Made by a program: the position numbers and the translations under genes
Assembly (NCBI GenBank): GCA_963662585.1
Contig: OY759729.1
Location: 1,696,001 to 1,760,000, forward strand
Source of the DNA: Candidatus Cloacimonadales bacterium
GTDB lineage: Bacteria > Cloacimonadota > Cloacimonadia > Cloacimonadales > JAFGVF01
Direction: 5' to 3'
DNA length: 64,000 nucleotides
Shown here: positions 31,958 through 41,927 of the stretch, piece after piece
Numbering within the stretch: position 1 is the stretch's first letter
Layout: the number at the start of each line of letters is the position of its first letter
Notes under the pieces: generated by a model
What the model was told of the DNA's origin: nothing
What the model saw: the letters and a program-made list of their open reading frames with translations, nothing else
Database searches by the model: none

Positions 31958-33326
31958 GATATCTAAAGTACAAAAGTGTCGCTCCTCTGGAGCTTGGTGA
32001 ATGTGTTTGATATCCACTCCTACAAAGGTGTTGCTCCGCTGGAGCTTGGTGTATGTGTTTGATATCCGCTGCTACAAAGATGTCGCTCGGCCAGAGCTTG
32101 TTGTATGTGTTTGATATCTATAACTACAAAGGTGCCGCTCCGTTGGAGCTAGGTGTATGTTTTGGTATCTGCTGCTACAAAGGTATCGCTCCGCTGGAGC
32201 TTGGTGTATGTTTTGATATCTGCTGCTACAAAGGTATCGCTCCGCTGGAGCTTGGTGTATATTTTGATATTCACTGTTACAAAGGTATCGCTCCGCTGAA
32301 TCTTTTTGTTGGACTGATATTTATGTTTTCAAAATTATCTCTCCTAGAGAGCCTTTTTTCTTCAAGCACCAGAGGTGCGAAAGCTCTGTAGTCTGTAATC
32401 CACCCCGTAAAGTGGTTCTACCCGTCAGGGTTGAACTAGGGGAAAATTTTAAAATTCTTCAGATGTATGTGATTGATATCCGCTGCTACAAAGGTGTCGC
32501 TCCGCTGGAGCTTTTTGTTGGACTGATATTATATTTTCAAAATTATCTCTCCTAGAGAGCCTTTTTTCTTCAAGCACCAGAGGTGCGAAAGCTCTGTAGC
32601 CTTAATCCACCCTGTAAAGTGGTTCAACCCAGCTGGGTTGAACTAGGGGAAAATCTTAAAATTCTTCAGCTACAAAGATATCGCTCCGATGGAGCTTGTT
32701 AGATATGTTTAATATTCACTGCTACAAAGGTGTCGCTCCGCTGGAGCTTGTTAGATATGTTTGATATCCGCTGCTACAAAGGTGTCGCTCCGCTGAATCT
32801 TTTTGTTGGACTGATATTTATATTTTCAAAATTATCTCTCCTAGAGAGCCTTTTTTCTTCAAGCACCAGAGGTGCGAAAGCTCTGTAGCATGTAATCCAC
32901 CCCGTAAAGTGGTTCAACCCTGCTGGGTTGAACTAGGGGAAAATATTAAAATTCTTTAGCTACAAAGGTGTCGCTCCTCTGGAGCTTGGTGTATGTTTTT
33001 GGTATCTACAGTTACAAAGGTGTCGCTCCGCTGGAGCTTGTTAGATATGTTTGATATCCACTGTTACAAAGGTATCGCTCCGCTGGAGCTTGGTGTATGT
33101 GTTTGATATCTATAACTACAAAGGTGCCGCTCCGTTGGAGCTAGGTGTATGTTTTGGTATCTGCTGCTACAAAGATATCGCTCCGCTGGAGCTTTTTGTT
33201 GGACTGATATTATATTTTCAAAATTATCTCTCCTAGAGAGCCTTTTTTCTTCAAGCACCAGAGGTGCGAAAGCTCTGTAGCCTGTAATCCACCCCGTAAA
33301 GTGGTTCAACCCAGCTGGGTTGAACC
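31958..33326. repeat. REP-type tandem array upstream of tnpA
   Basis: About 16 copies of ctacaaaggtRtcgctccgctggagct at about 51-52 bp period, plus 4 longer blocks each carrying an inverted REP and a gttcaaccc-N4-gggttgaac palindrome. Confidence 0.92.
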
Positions 33327-33448
33327 AAAATATATACCTAAATTTCAAAGTAATCATTTTTTTATTGACATAATTTTACCTTTATAATTAATATTAATTA
33401 TGTATTGGTTCATATTTTATTTTTGGAAGACAAAATTATGGAGGAATT

Positions 33449-33910
33449 ATGGCAAATTCTTATACACAAATCTATATGCATTTCGTATTTGCTGTCCAAG
33501 CGAGATTAAATCTAATATCAGAATCTAATAGGGAAAAAGTCGAAAAGTACATTACCGGAATAATTACTAATGAAAAATCAAAAACAATCGCTATTTATTG
33601 CAATCCTGATCATCTTCATGTTTTAATTGGTCTAAATCCTCAAAGTGCACCAGCTGATTTAGTTAGGATTATCAAAACAAATTCAACAAAGTGGATTAAT
33701 AGTGAAAGGATAATTAATGGGAAATTCGGTTGGCAAGAAGGTTATGGTGCGTTTACCTATTCAAGATCCCAAATTAGTAATGTTTGTAGATATATCTATA
33801 ACCAACCAATTCATCATAAAAATGTAAAATTTAAAGATGAATATATTCAATTTTTAAACAGATTTGAAATTAATTATAAAGAAAAATATCTATTTAACTG
33901 GAATGAATAG
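33449..33910 (+). CDS. tnpA: IS200/IS605-family Y1 HUH transposase, REP-associated (TnpA-REP/RAYT-like)
   Basis: MANSYTQIYMHFVFAV, PDHLH (HUH), WQEGYGAF, YIYNQ catalytic Tyr; no tnpB; embedded in REP array. Confidence 0.9.
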   Translation: MANSYTQIYMHFVFAVQARLNLISESNREKVEKYITGIITNEKSKTIAIYCNPDHLHVLIGLNPQSAPADLVRIIKTNSTKWINSERIINGKFGWQEGYGAFTYSRSQISNVCRYIYNQPIHHKNVKFKDEYIQFLNRFEINYKEKYLFNWNE

Positions 33911-33917
33911 ATACGAC

Positions 33918-35422
33918 GATATCGTTAAATCTACAAAGATGTCGCTCCGCTGGAGCTAGATGTATGTGTTTGATATCTATAACTACAAAGGTGCCGCTCC
34001 GCTGGAGCTTGGTGTATGTTTTGATATCTGCTGTAGATGGCAGTTTAAAATGGTACGACTACAAAGATGTCGCTCCGCTGGAGCTTTTTGTTGGACTGAT
34101 ATTTATATTTTCAAAATTATCTCTCCTAGAGAGCCTTTTTCTTCAAGCACCAGAGGTGCGAAATCTCTGTAGCATGTAATCCACCCTGTAAAGTGGTTCA
34201 ACCCGTCAGGGTTGAACTAGGGGAAAATTTTAAAATTCTTTAGCTACAAAGGTGTCGCTCCGCTGGAGCTTGTTAGATATGTTTGATATCCACTGCTACA
34301 AAGGTATCGCTCCGCTGGAGCTAGGTGTATGTTTTGATATCTGCTGTAGATGGCAGTTTAAAATGGTACGACTACAAAGATATCGCTCCGCTGAATCTTT
34401 TTGTTGGACTGATATTTATGTTTTCAAAATTATCTCTCCTAGAGAGCCTTTTTTCTTCAAGCACCAGAGGTGCGAAAGCTCTGTAGCATGTAATCCACCC
34501 CGTAAAGTGGTTCAACCCTGCTGGGTTGAACTAGGGGAAATCTCAAAATTCTTCAGAAGTATGTGATTGATATTCACTGCTACAAAGGTGTTGCTCCGCT
34601 GGAGCTTTTTGTTGGACTGATATTTATATTTTCAAAATTATCTCTCCTAGAGAGCCTTTTTTCTTCAAGCACCAGAGGTGCGAAATCTCTGTAGCATGTA
34701 ATCCCACCCCATAAAGTGGTTCAACCCAGCTGGGTTGAACTAGGGGAAAATCTTAAAATTCTTCAGCTACAAAGATATCGCTCCGCTGGAGCTTGGTGTA
34801 TGTGTTTGGTATCTACAGTTACAAAGGTGTCGCTCCGCTGGAGCTTGGTAGATATGTTTGATATCCGCTGCTACAAAGGTGTCGCTCCGCTGGAGCTAGG
34901 TGTATGTTTTGATATCTGCTGTAGATGGCAGTTTAAAAAGGTACAACTACAAAGATATCGCTCCGCTGGAGCTTGGTTTATATGTTTGATATTCGCTGCT
35001 ACAAAGATGTCGCTCCGCTGGAGCTTTTTGTTGGACTGATATTTATATTTTCAAAATTATCTCTCCTAGAGAGCCTTTTTCTTCAAGCACCAGAGGTGCG
35101 AAATCTCTGTAGCCTGTAATCCACCCCGTAAAGTGGTTCAACCCAGCTGGGTTGAACTAGGGGAAAATCTTAAAATTCTTCAGCTACAAAGATATCGCTC
35201 CGCTGGAGCTTGTTGTATGTTTTGATATCCACTGCTACAAAGGTATCGCTCCGCTGGAGCTTTTTGTATGTGCTTGATATCTACAGCTACAAAGGTGTTG
35301 CTCCGCTGGAGCTAGGTGTATGTTTTGATATCTGCTGTAGATGGCAGTTTAAAATGGTACGACTACAAAGGTATCGCTCCGCTGGAGCTTGTTATAGGAG
35401 CTTGTTATATATGTTTAATATC
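33918..35422. repeat. REP-type tandem array downstream of tnpA
   Basis: About 16 further REP copies and 4 long blocks, same orientation as the upstream arm. Confidence 0.92.
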
Positions 35423-35457
35423 TTCCGCCACAAACTTGAATTTAAGCCTTCTTTTTA

Positions 35458-35539
35458 GCTCTTTCCTTGCTCCTCCCCTCTTATAACATATATTATTCGA
35501 AGTTTATTCGAGATGAGTAAGGAGGAGTAGGGGAAGAGC
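35458..35539. other. Imperfect long inverted repeat at the end of the REP array
   Basis: gctctttccttgctcctcc (35458-35476) pairs with ggaggagtaggggaagagc (35521-35539) using G-U pairs. Confidence 0.55.
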
Positions 35540-35688
35540 AGTTATAAATTGATAAGAGGAGTTTTTAACTCAGATCTGCTCATTTTTTCCTACTCAAGCA
35601 ACTTGGAAATGTAAAAAAATATAGAGTATATCTTGACATAGCTAAAATGGAGATTATTTTGGTTAAAAATGGATAAAGATAAGGGATT

Positions 35689-37347
35689 ATGATAGCAATA
35701 TATATAGATGATAACACAAGTAGCGAATTAAATGCGATGATAAAGTATATAGTTGAATTTACCTTTGACACCTTAGGTTACAGCTATAACATCATCTACT
35801 CACTGAAAGGATTGACCGAATTTGATGTCTTAATTTGGTATGATTCTAAAGATGTGCAGAAGGAGACTATCGCCAAATTTGCTAAGAAAATACCAATAAT
35901 TTTAGTTCGTCATCATGTGAATCTCTATATACCTAGTCAATTAAAAGGAACTAATTTAACCTCTAAGATAAAAAAATTTACTTTTTACAACACAGTAATT
36001 CCGATAATTCATAAAAACCTTACAACACAGTTGGTAGAAAGTATTACAGATCCTACTATTGCACTCATTATTGTGAATTTTGATATTTTTGGAAATCTCT
36101 ATTATCACATCACAGATTGTGAGTTTAGAGCCAAGAAAGTCAATGATGGGGTGATAGAGCAGGGTAGTATTTTTGATGAATATTATCAAGAGCCAATCAT
36201 TAATCACATGTTGGCATTAACTGAAAAAATCATTCTTAGTAGCTGTGAAAAGTTAAATTTTCCTCTTATTAAGAAGGAGTATTGGCCTCACGGAGAAGAC
36301 TTTGCTGTTATTTTTACCCACACAATTGACAAATTAGAGAAATGGGGAAAGGGTGTTTTTGGCGAATTCTTATTGGATGCAATACCCTTATTAGCCAAAG
36401 GAAAATTCGCAGAAGTAGGACGAAACTTAGCTAGTGGAATTAAATATTTATTTAACGATGCTGAACAGTATTGGAATTTCAAGAACTATTTAGATTTAGA
36501 TGAAAAATATGGAATTATATCTACTTGGTTTGTTTCTTTAATTGAAGACAATGGTTTTATCTATAATGTTGAGAAAAAAGATGTATTAATCGAAGAGTTA
36601 AACAAAATTATCAACAAAGGTCATGAACTAGGAATAGTAGTTTCTCCTTATGAAATGGATCAGGTCAAAATAAAAACAGCAAAGAGTATGCTTGGTAAAA
36701 TCAATAAAGATGAGCAGGCAGGAATAAGAGTTACAGGAAGACCTTTGCCAGATAAACTATCTTTGGCTATTCATAGAAATACTATGTTATATGACTGTTC
36801 TATTCTTTCTTCCAATATTAATACCTTCAAGAATGGGAATATTCTTCCTCACCATAGATTAATAGATGGAATAAGGACATTTCCTCTTGAGATACCAATT
36901 ACTTTTAGTGATGAAATTCTTAAATCTTCAAAATACTCTTACAAATCTTTCGAATCAGCTACCAGAAAGATGGATAATCTGATTACTAAAGTTTCAGCTA
37001 GTGGTGGGCTTATCTGTTTCGATTTTACTATTGCTAACTTTAAGGATATTAATTATTTAGAAAAGTTATATACATATACTTTAGATACTATAAAAGATAA
37101 GAATTACTATAATAATTCCTGCAAAAATATTGCTCTCTGGTGGAAAGCTCGCAAAAATGTTTTAATCACCAATGTTGAATGGGGTGCTAATATTCTGTTC
37201 CTAGATGATTTCGCCTTCTTTACGATTAAAATTTTTTCTAAGAGAAAAATTAATCAAGTAACTATGGTTGACTATCAAGTTGATGATAATGTAGTCACGA
37301 TGTCCAATATTAAAGCTAATAATGTTGTTAATATTGTCTTGGAGTAA
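35689..37347 (+). CDS. Polysaccharide deacetylase-like protein (DUF7033-type N-terminus), apparently degenerate active site
   Basis: FDIFG, WPHGEDFAVIFTHTID, YWNF, STWF, YDCS, LEIPITFSD, WWKAR pattern of this family. Confidence 0.65.
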   Translation: MIAIYIDDNTSSELNAMIKYIVEFTFDTLGYSYNIIYSLKGLTEFDVLIWYDSKDVQKETIAKFAKKIPIILVRHHVNLYIPSQLKGTNLTSKIKKFTFYNTVIPIIHKNLTTQLVESITDPTIALIIVNFDIFGNLYYHITDCEFRAKKVNDGVIEQGSIFDEYYQEPIINHMLALTEKIILSSCEKLNFPLIKKEYWPHGEDFAVIFTHTIDKLEKWGKGVFGEFLLDAIPLLAKGKFAEVGRNLASGIKYLFNDAEQYWNFKNYLDLDEKYGIISTWFVSLIEDNGFIYNVEKKDVLIEELNKIINKGHELGIVVSPYEMDQVKIKTAKSMLGKINKDEQAGIRVTGRPLPDKLSLAIHRNTMLYDCSILSSNINTFKNGNILPHHRLIDGIRTFPLEIPITFSDEILKSSKYSYKSFESATRKMDNLITKVSASGGLICFDFTIANFKDINYLEKLYTYTLDTIKDKNYYNNSCKNIALWWKARKNVLITNVEWGANILFLDDFAFFTIKIFSKRKINQVTMVDYQVDDNVVTMSNIKANNVVNIVLE

Positions 37348-37349
37348 AA

Positions 37350-39749
37350 ATGAAGAAAATTCTTATCGTAACGATTAGTCACAAAGCGAAAGATGTTAGA
37401 TTATATTATAAATTAGCCAAAACTCTTTCTGAAAGATATTCTGTTTCTATTCTGCATAATAATTCTGAAACAGGTGATTATGATGATGAAATTAAATTAA
37501 TCGGACTAAATAATTTAAGCAAAGTTCAGTTTTTAGTGCAAGCTGCTATCCAGATTAAATTAGCATCACCAGCAGTAGTCATAGTTGTTGAACCAATTCT
37601 CTTAACCTTAGTTAATCCAACAACTAAAACAAAATTCGTTTATGATTGCCATGAGTTTTTTAATTTAGCTCAGAAAGAGAAATCTGAAAATAAGAGAAAA
37701 CAATTCTTAGATACTTTTTTACATGAGAAATTAGAGAAGAAATTTATTCCTAAATTGAATGCTTGCATAACAGTAAATGAAATTATTACTCAGAAGTATC
37801 AAAGTATGGGAGCAAATAGTTTAACTATCCCTAACTATCCCAGTATTAAAGAAGAATTTAAAATATCTGCTGAAAAAATTTATGATTTTATTTATGCAGG
37901 CGGACTCTCCCCTGCTCGTGGGATTATTGAGATAATTCAAGCAACTTGTGTAGTTAAGGAATTTTATCCTACTATTAAAGTGTTAATCCTGGGGAAAGAG
38001 CAAATTTCAGGATTTAAAGATGAATGTCAGCAGTTGATTAATGATTTAAAGCTAGAAAATAGTATAGAGTTACTTGAGGCAATTCCTTATGATCAAGTTT
38101 ATCAAAAATATGCCCAAAGTAAATGTGGTATCTGCATTTTATCACCGTCAACTCCCCGCTATAAATACGCCTTACCAATTAAATTACTTGAGTATCTTGA
38201 GGCAGGACTTCTAGTTATTACTAATGATTTTCCTATTAATAAGCAAATTTATCAAAGTTCGGAAGGTATTTTTACAACAAAATTTAAAGCTGAAGATATT
38301 GCTAATCAAATGTTAAAAGTTATCACACTAAGTGAAGATAAAGTCTCAAAACATGCAGAAATTGCTCAAAAATTAATCTCAGAAAAATATAATTGGAATA
38401 TCATAGCTCCTAAGGTGCTAAATCTTTTTGACCAACTTACTAATAACCGGAAAAAAGCCCTACTTATCTCTTACTTCTTCCCTCCTCTAGGTGGAGCAGG
38501 AGTACAAAGACCTCTTAAATTAGCTAAATACGCTAAAGATGCTAATTGGCAGGTAACTGTTCTTACTATTGATGATATCGTCTTTCATTCTTACGATACT
38601 TCTTTACTCTCTGAAATTGAGAGTCAAGTAGTGCGAGCAGATTCTTGGGATATAATGAGTATTCTACAGAAGGTAAAAAGTTTCCAGCATCATAAAATGG
38701 GAGATAAATTAGATAAAGCCTACTTTGAAACTGATGATTTTAAAAAGAAACTAGTTAAATCACTCTTCTTTATGGATGAGAAAATTGGCTGGTTTATTCC
38801 AGCTGTACTCAAGGGAATTCGCCAAGCAATGAAAGAAGACTTTTCAGCAATCATAGTAACTATCTATCCCCCATCTTCCCTGCTTATAGCTTACACAATA
38901 GCCAAACTTACCAACCTACCTTTATTTATCGATTATCGGGATCACTGGACATTAAGCTCTTATTTCGACTTTTCTTGCCCAGCATCTCGTCAAGCCTATC
39001 ATAATCTTGAAAAATTCTTCTTAACTCAAGCTAGGGGTATTATTACTATTGGAGAGGTTATGAAGAGAGAATTAAGTGAAAATTTCCAGATTCCTCCAGA
39101 AAAAATATCGGTATCCTATAATGGTTTTGATGAAGAGGATTTTTCTCAAACTTCGACCAAGCTAGAACTTCCTTTAGATAGTAATACTAGAGAAAAAAGA
39201 GTAATCAATATTGGTTATATAGGTAATATGTATAAACACAGAACTTCAAAGTATTTTCTTATAGCTTTAAAAGAATTAATAGATGCTGGAGAAATAACCA
39301 AAGAAAGTGTGAAGCTCAACTTTATGGGAAATTACTATCGAGAAGAAAGAGAAATATTAGAAAATTCAGGTTTGTCAGAGATTATAAAGATAACACCTCA
39401 ACAAGAACATAATCTTGCAGTTCAAGAAATGCTCAATAATGATATCCTCTTGCTATTAATAGCCACAAAGAGTGGCAAGAATGTTTTAACAGGCAAGATT
39501 TTTGAATATCTTCGCTGTAATAAGCCAATTTTAGGATTAGTGCCAAAAGATGGTGAAGCTGAAGATTTACTTCATAAAATTGGAAATACTTGGACTTGCT
39601 CCTTAGAAGATGTAGCCTCTATAAAAGAGCAAATTAAATCTCTTATAAAATTTATTAATGAAAAGGGAGAAATTGAAAACGATATTTCTCAATACAGCAG
39701 AGCCAAGCAAGTAAGTAAATTCTTCTCATTTATTGAGGAAAAGCTGTAA
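37350..39749 (+). CDS. Fused tandem GT4 glycosyltransferases
   Basis: N-half: DVRLYYK, YDCHE, PIKLLEY; C-half: YFFPPLGGAGVQR, DYRDHW, NGFDEEDF, TGKIFEYL. Confidence 0.85.
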   Translation: MKKILIVTISHKAKDVRLYYKLAKTLSERYSVSILHNNSETGDYDDEIKLIGLNNLSKVQFLVQAAIQIKLASPAVVIVVEPILLTLVNPTTKTKFVYDCHEFFNLAQKEKSENKRKQFLDTFLHEKLEKKFIPKLNACITVNEIITQKYQSMGANSLTIPNYPSIKEEFKISAEKIYDFIYAGGLSPARGIIEIIQATCVVKEFYPTIKVLILGKEQISGFKDECQQLINDLKLENSIELLEAIPYDQVYQKYAQSKCGICILSPSTPRYKYALPIKLLEYLEAGLLVITNDFPINKQIYQSSEGIFTTKFKAEDIANQMLKVITLSEDKVSKHAEIAQKLISEKYNWNIIAPKVLNLFDQLTNNRKKALLISYFFPPLGGAGVQRPLKLAKYAKDANWQVTVLTIDDIVFHSYDTSLLSEIESQVVRADSWDIMSILQKVKSFQHHKMGDKLDKAYFETDDFKKKLVKSLFFMDEKIGWFIPAVLKGIRQAMKEDFSAIIVTIYPPSSLLIAYTIAKLTNLPLFIDYRDHWTLSSYFDFSCPASRQAYHNLEKFFLTQARGIITIGEVMKRELSENFQIPPEKISVSYNGFDEEDFSQTSTKLELPLDSNTREKRVINIGYIGNMYKHRTSKYFLIALKELIDAGEITKESVKLNFMGNYYREEREILENSGLSEIIKITPQQEHNLAVQEMLNNDILLLLIATKSGKNVLTGKIFEYLRCNKPILGLVPKDGEAEDLLHKIGNTWTCSLEDVASIKEQIKSLIKFINEKGEIENDISQYSRAKQVSKFFSFIEEKL

Positions 39750-39752
39750 AAG

Positions 39753-40850
39753 ATGACTGTAGTTCTTCATTTAGGCCTTCTTCCTATTCTATCTGGGGTG
39801 CAAAATGTAATGTTACAAATTTTGGAAGCAATTGAAGCTGATGGTTATGAAATAAAAGTAGCTTCTGCCCCTAATGGTGTCTTGGTTGATGAAGTAATCA
39901 GACGCGGTTGGAAGCATATCCCTATTCCCTCTTTGGTTAGAGAAATTAACCCTCGAAAAGACTGGTCAGCCTGTCTGGAATTAGCCCAAGTTCTTAAGGA
40001 AGAAAAGGTAGATATCTTGCACACTCATTCTTCCAAAACTGGACTTCTGGGACGAGTAGTAGGAAGATTGAATAAAGTTCCTACTGTTATTCACACTGTC
40101 CATGGTTATCCTTTCCATAAATATCAGAATCCCTTTTTATACCACTTTTATCAAGGTGCAGAATGGTTGGCAGGTAAATTTTGTGATTATCTTGTTTCAG
40201 TAAATCAAGAAGATGCAGAAATTGCTAAGGGCGTTTTAAAGATTCCTGCCTATAAAGTTAAGTATATTCCTAACGGAGCAATCCCTCAAAAACAGCGTAA
40301 AATATTTCCCAGAGAGGAGATTGTTATAGGAAGTCTTTCTCGCTTTTGGAAGCAGAAGAATATGATTAATACAGTAAAAATTGCGATAAAAGCTTGCCAA
40401 AGAAGAGAAGAATTAAAATTTATCTTTGTAGGTGATGGTGATGACTTATCTCAATGTCAAGAATTAATAGAAAAAGCAGAACTTAATAAAAGAATACTTC
40501 TACCTGGTTGGTCAATGGATAAAGAAAAATGGTTAAATACTTTTGACATATTCCTATTATATTCCCTCTGGGAAGGATTACCTTTATCTATTTTAGAGGC
40601 AATGTCTTATGGCTTACCAATTATAGCTTCAGACATTAAAGGAAATAGAGAATTAGTCGATAATAATAATGGTTATTTAATCAATCCGGAAAATGAAGAA
40701 GATTTATTTAATCTTTTTATCAGTCTTCCAAACAAAAAAGAAGAATTAATCTCAAAAGGAGAAGAGAGCTATAATAAAATTGTTCAGACCTATTCAATGG
40801 ATTATTTTAAAGAAAGATACAGAAAACTTTACCACGAAATAAAAAATTAA
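39753..40850 (+). CDS. GT4 family glycosyltransferase
   Basis: HTHSSKTG, HTVHG, SLWEGLPLSILEAM (EX7E). Confidence 0.92.
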   Translation: MTVVLHLGLLPILSGVQNVMLQILEAIEADGYEIKVASAPNGVLVDEVIRRGWKHIPIPSLVREINPRKDWSACLELAQVLKEEKVDILHTHSSKTGLLGRVVGRLNKVPTVIHTVHGYPFHKYQNPFLYHFYQGAEWLAGKFCDYLVSVNQEDAEIAKGVLKIPAYKVKYIPNGAIPQKQRKIFPREEIVIGSLSRFWKQKNMINTVKIAIKACQRREELKFIFVGDGDDLSQCQELIEKAELNKRILLPGWSMDKEKWLNTFDIFLLYSLWEGLPLSILEAMSYGLPIIASDIKGNRELVDNNNGYLINPENEEDLFNLFISLPNKKEELISKGEESYNKIVQTYSMDYFKERYRKLYHEIKN

Positions 40851-40863
40851 TGAGAAGTAAAAT

Positions 40864-41919
40864 ATGATATTAAGTCACTGGAAATATTTATTAGCCGGAG
40901 TAGTTGTTTTCTTACTCACCTATTTATTAGTGCCTGTTAATATAAAACTAGCAAATAAAAAAGGTTGGTTAGATTACCCTAATGATCGAAGTTCTCACAG
41001 TAAACCAATACCTATCAGTGGCGGTTTAGCCTTCGGATTAGTCATCTGTTTAGCTCAAGTTGCCTTTGCTTTCCTATTTTGGGATCAAAGAAGCTCGCTG
41101 ATGATTTTTGGTTTAGCAGTTATCAATATTCTGATTTTAACGGTCGGATTAGTTGATGACCTACTAAAATTAAAAGCAAGAGATAAGCTTCTACTACAAC
41201 TACTTATCTCTTCCCTACTCTACATTGTTGGATTCAGGATAGAGATTTTAACCAATCCTTTTGGGCCTGATTTATTCTTGGAATACCTTAGTTTCCCTTT
41301 CACTGTTTTCTGGTTTCTGGCTATCAGTAATGCTATTAACTTGATAGATGGTTTGGATGGGTTAGCCTCTGGTATTACTTTAATCAGTGGAATAGTCCTC
41401 TGTTTAGTAGGATTACTAGCCGAAAATCCTTTAGTTCTTTACCTCTCCTTGATCTTAGTAGCTGGAAATTTAGCCTTTTTACGCTATAATTTCAATCCAG
41501 CTAAGATATTTATGGGAGATTCAGGAAGTCTATTTAACGGCTTTAATTTAGCAGTATTATCAGTCACGGGATTATCTCAATTCAAGGGTGTTACAGCTAT
41601 GACTATTGCCTTACCTGTGGTAGTAATGCTCTTCCCTATTATGGATACGATAATGGCAATGATCAGAAGAATTCGCAAGAAACAAAGTATTTTTGTGGCA
41701 GATAAAGAACATATTCACCATAAACTTTTAAAGCTGGGAATATCTCAAAAAGGAATCTGCTATATAGCATATTTCCTAACTTCTTTATTTGGACTTCTAG
41801 CTATAGGATTCTACTTTTCAACCAAACAAATATTTCTAATAGCCTTAACTATTTTAATTATATTATGCTTTGTTTTTGCATGGCTACTATTACAAACAAT
41901 TTTTAAAAACTCAAAGTAG
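40864..41919 (+). CDS. WecA/TagO-type undecaprenyl-phosphate GlcNAc-1-phosphate transferase (MraY family)
   Basis: GLVDD, NAINLIDGLDGLA, NFNPAKIFMGDSGS, DKEHIHH. Confidence 0.92.
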   Translation: MILSHWKYLLAGVVVFLLTYLLVPVNIKLANKKGWLDYPNDRSSHSKPIPISGGLAFGLVICLAQVAFAFLFWDQRSSLMIFGLAVINILILTVGLVDDLLKLKARDKLLLQLLISSLLYIVGFRIEILTNPFGPDLFLEYLSFPFTVFWFLAISNAINLIDGLDGLASGITLISGIVLCLVGLLAENPLVLYLSLILVAGNLAFLRYNFNPAKIFMGDSGSLFNGFNLAVLSVTGLSQFKGVTAMTIALPVVVMLFPIMDTIMAMIRRIRKKQSIFVADKEHIHHKLLKLGISQKGICYIAYFLTSLFGLLAIGFYFSTKQIFLIALTILIILCFVFAWLLLQTIFKNSK

Positions 41920-41927
41920 GAGTAATA

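Noticed and set aside
33449..33910. IS605/IS607-type element with TnpB and omegaRNA
   Set aside because: No tnpB or iscB ORF next to tnpA; the flanks are REP arrays
31958..35422. CRISPR array
   Set aside because: The intervening 20-25 nt segments are near-identical to each other rather than unique spacers, long blocks recur, there are no cas genes, and a Y1 tnpA sits in the middle
32053..35458. ORFs at 32053, 33051, 33064, 33960, 33964, 34252, 34716 and 35210
   Set aside because: Translations of the REP tandem (repeating YKGIAPLELG or SLRWSL peptides) in several frames, with no convincing SD or start
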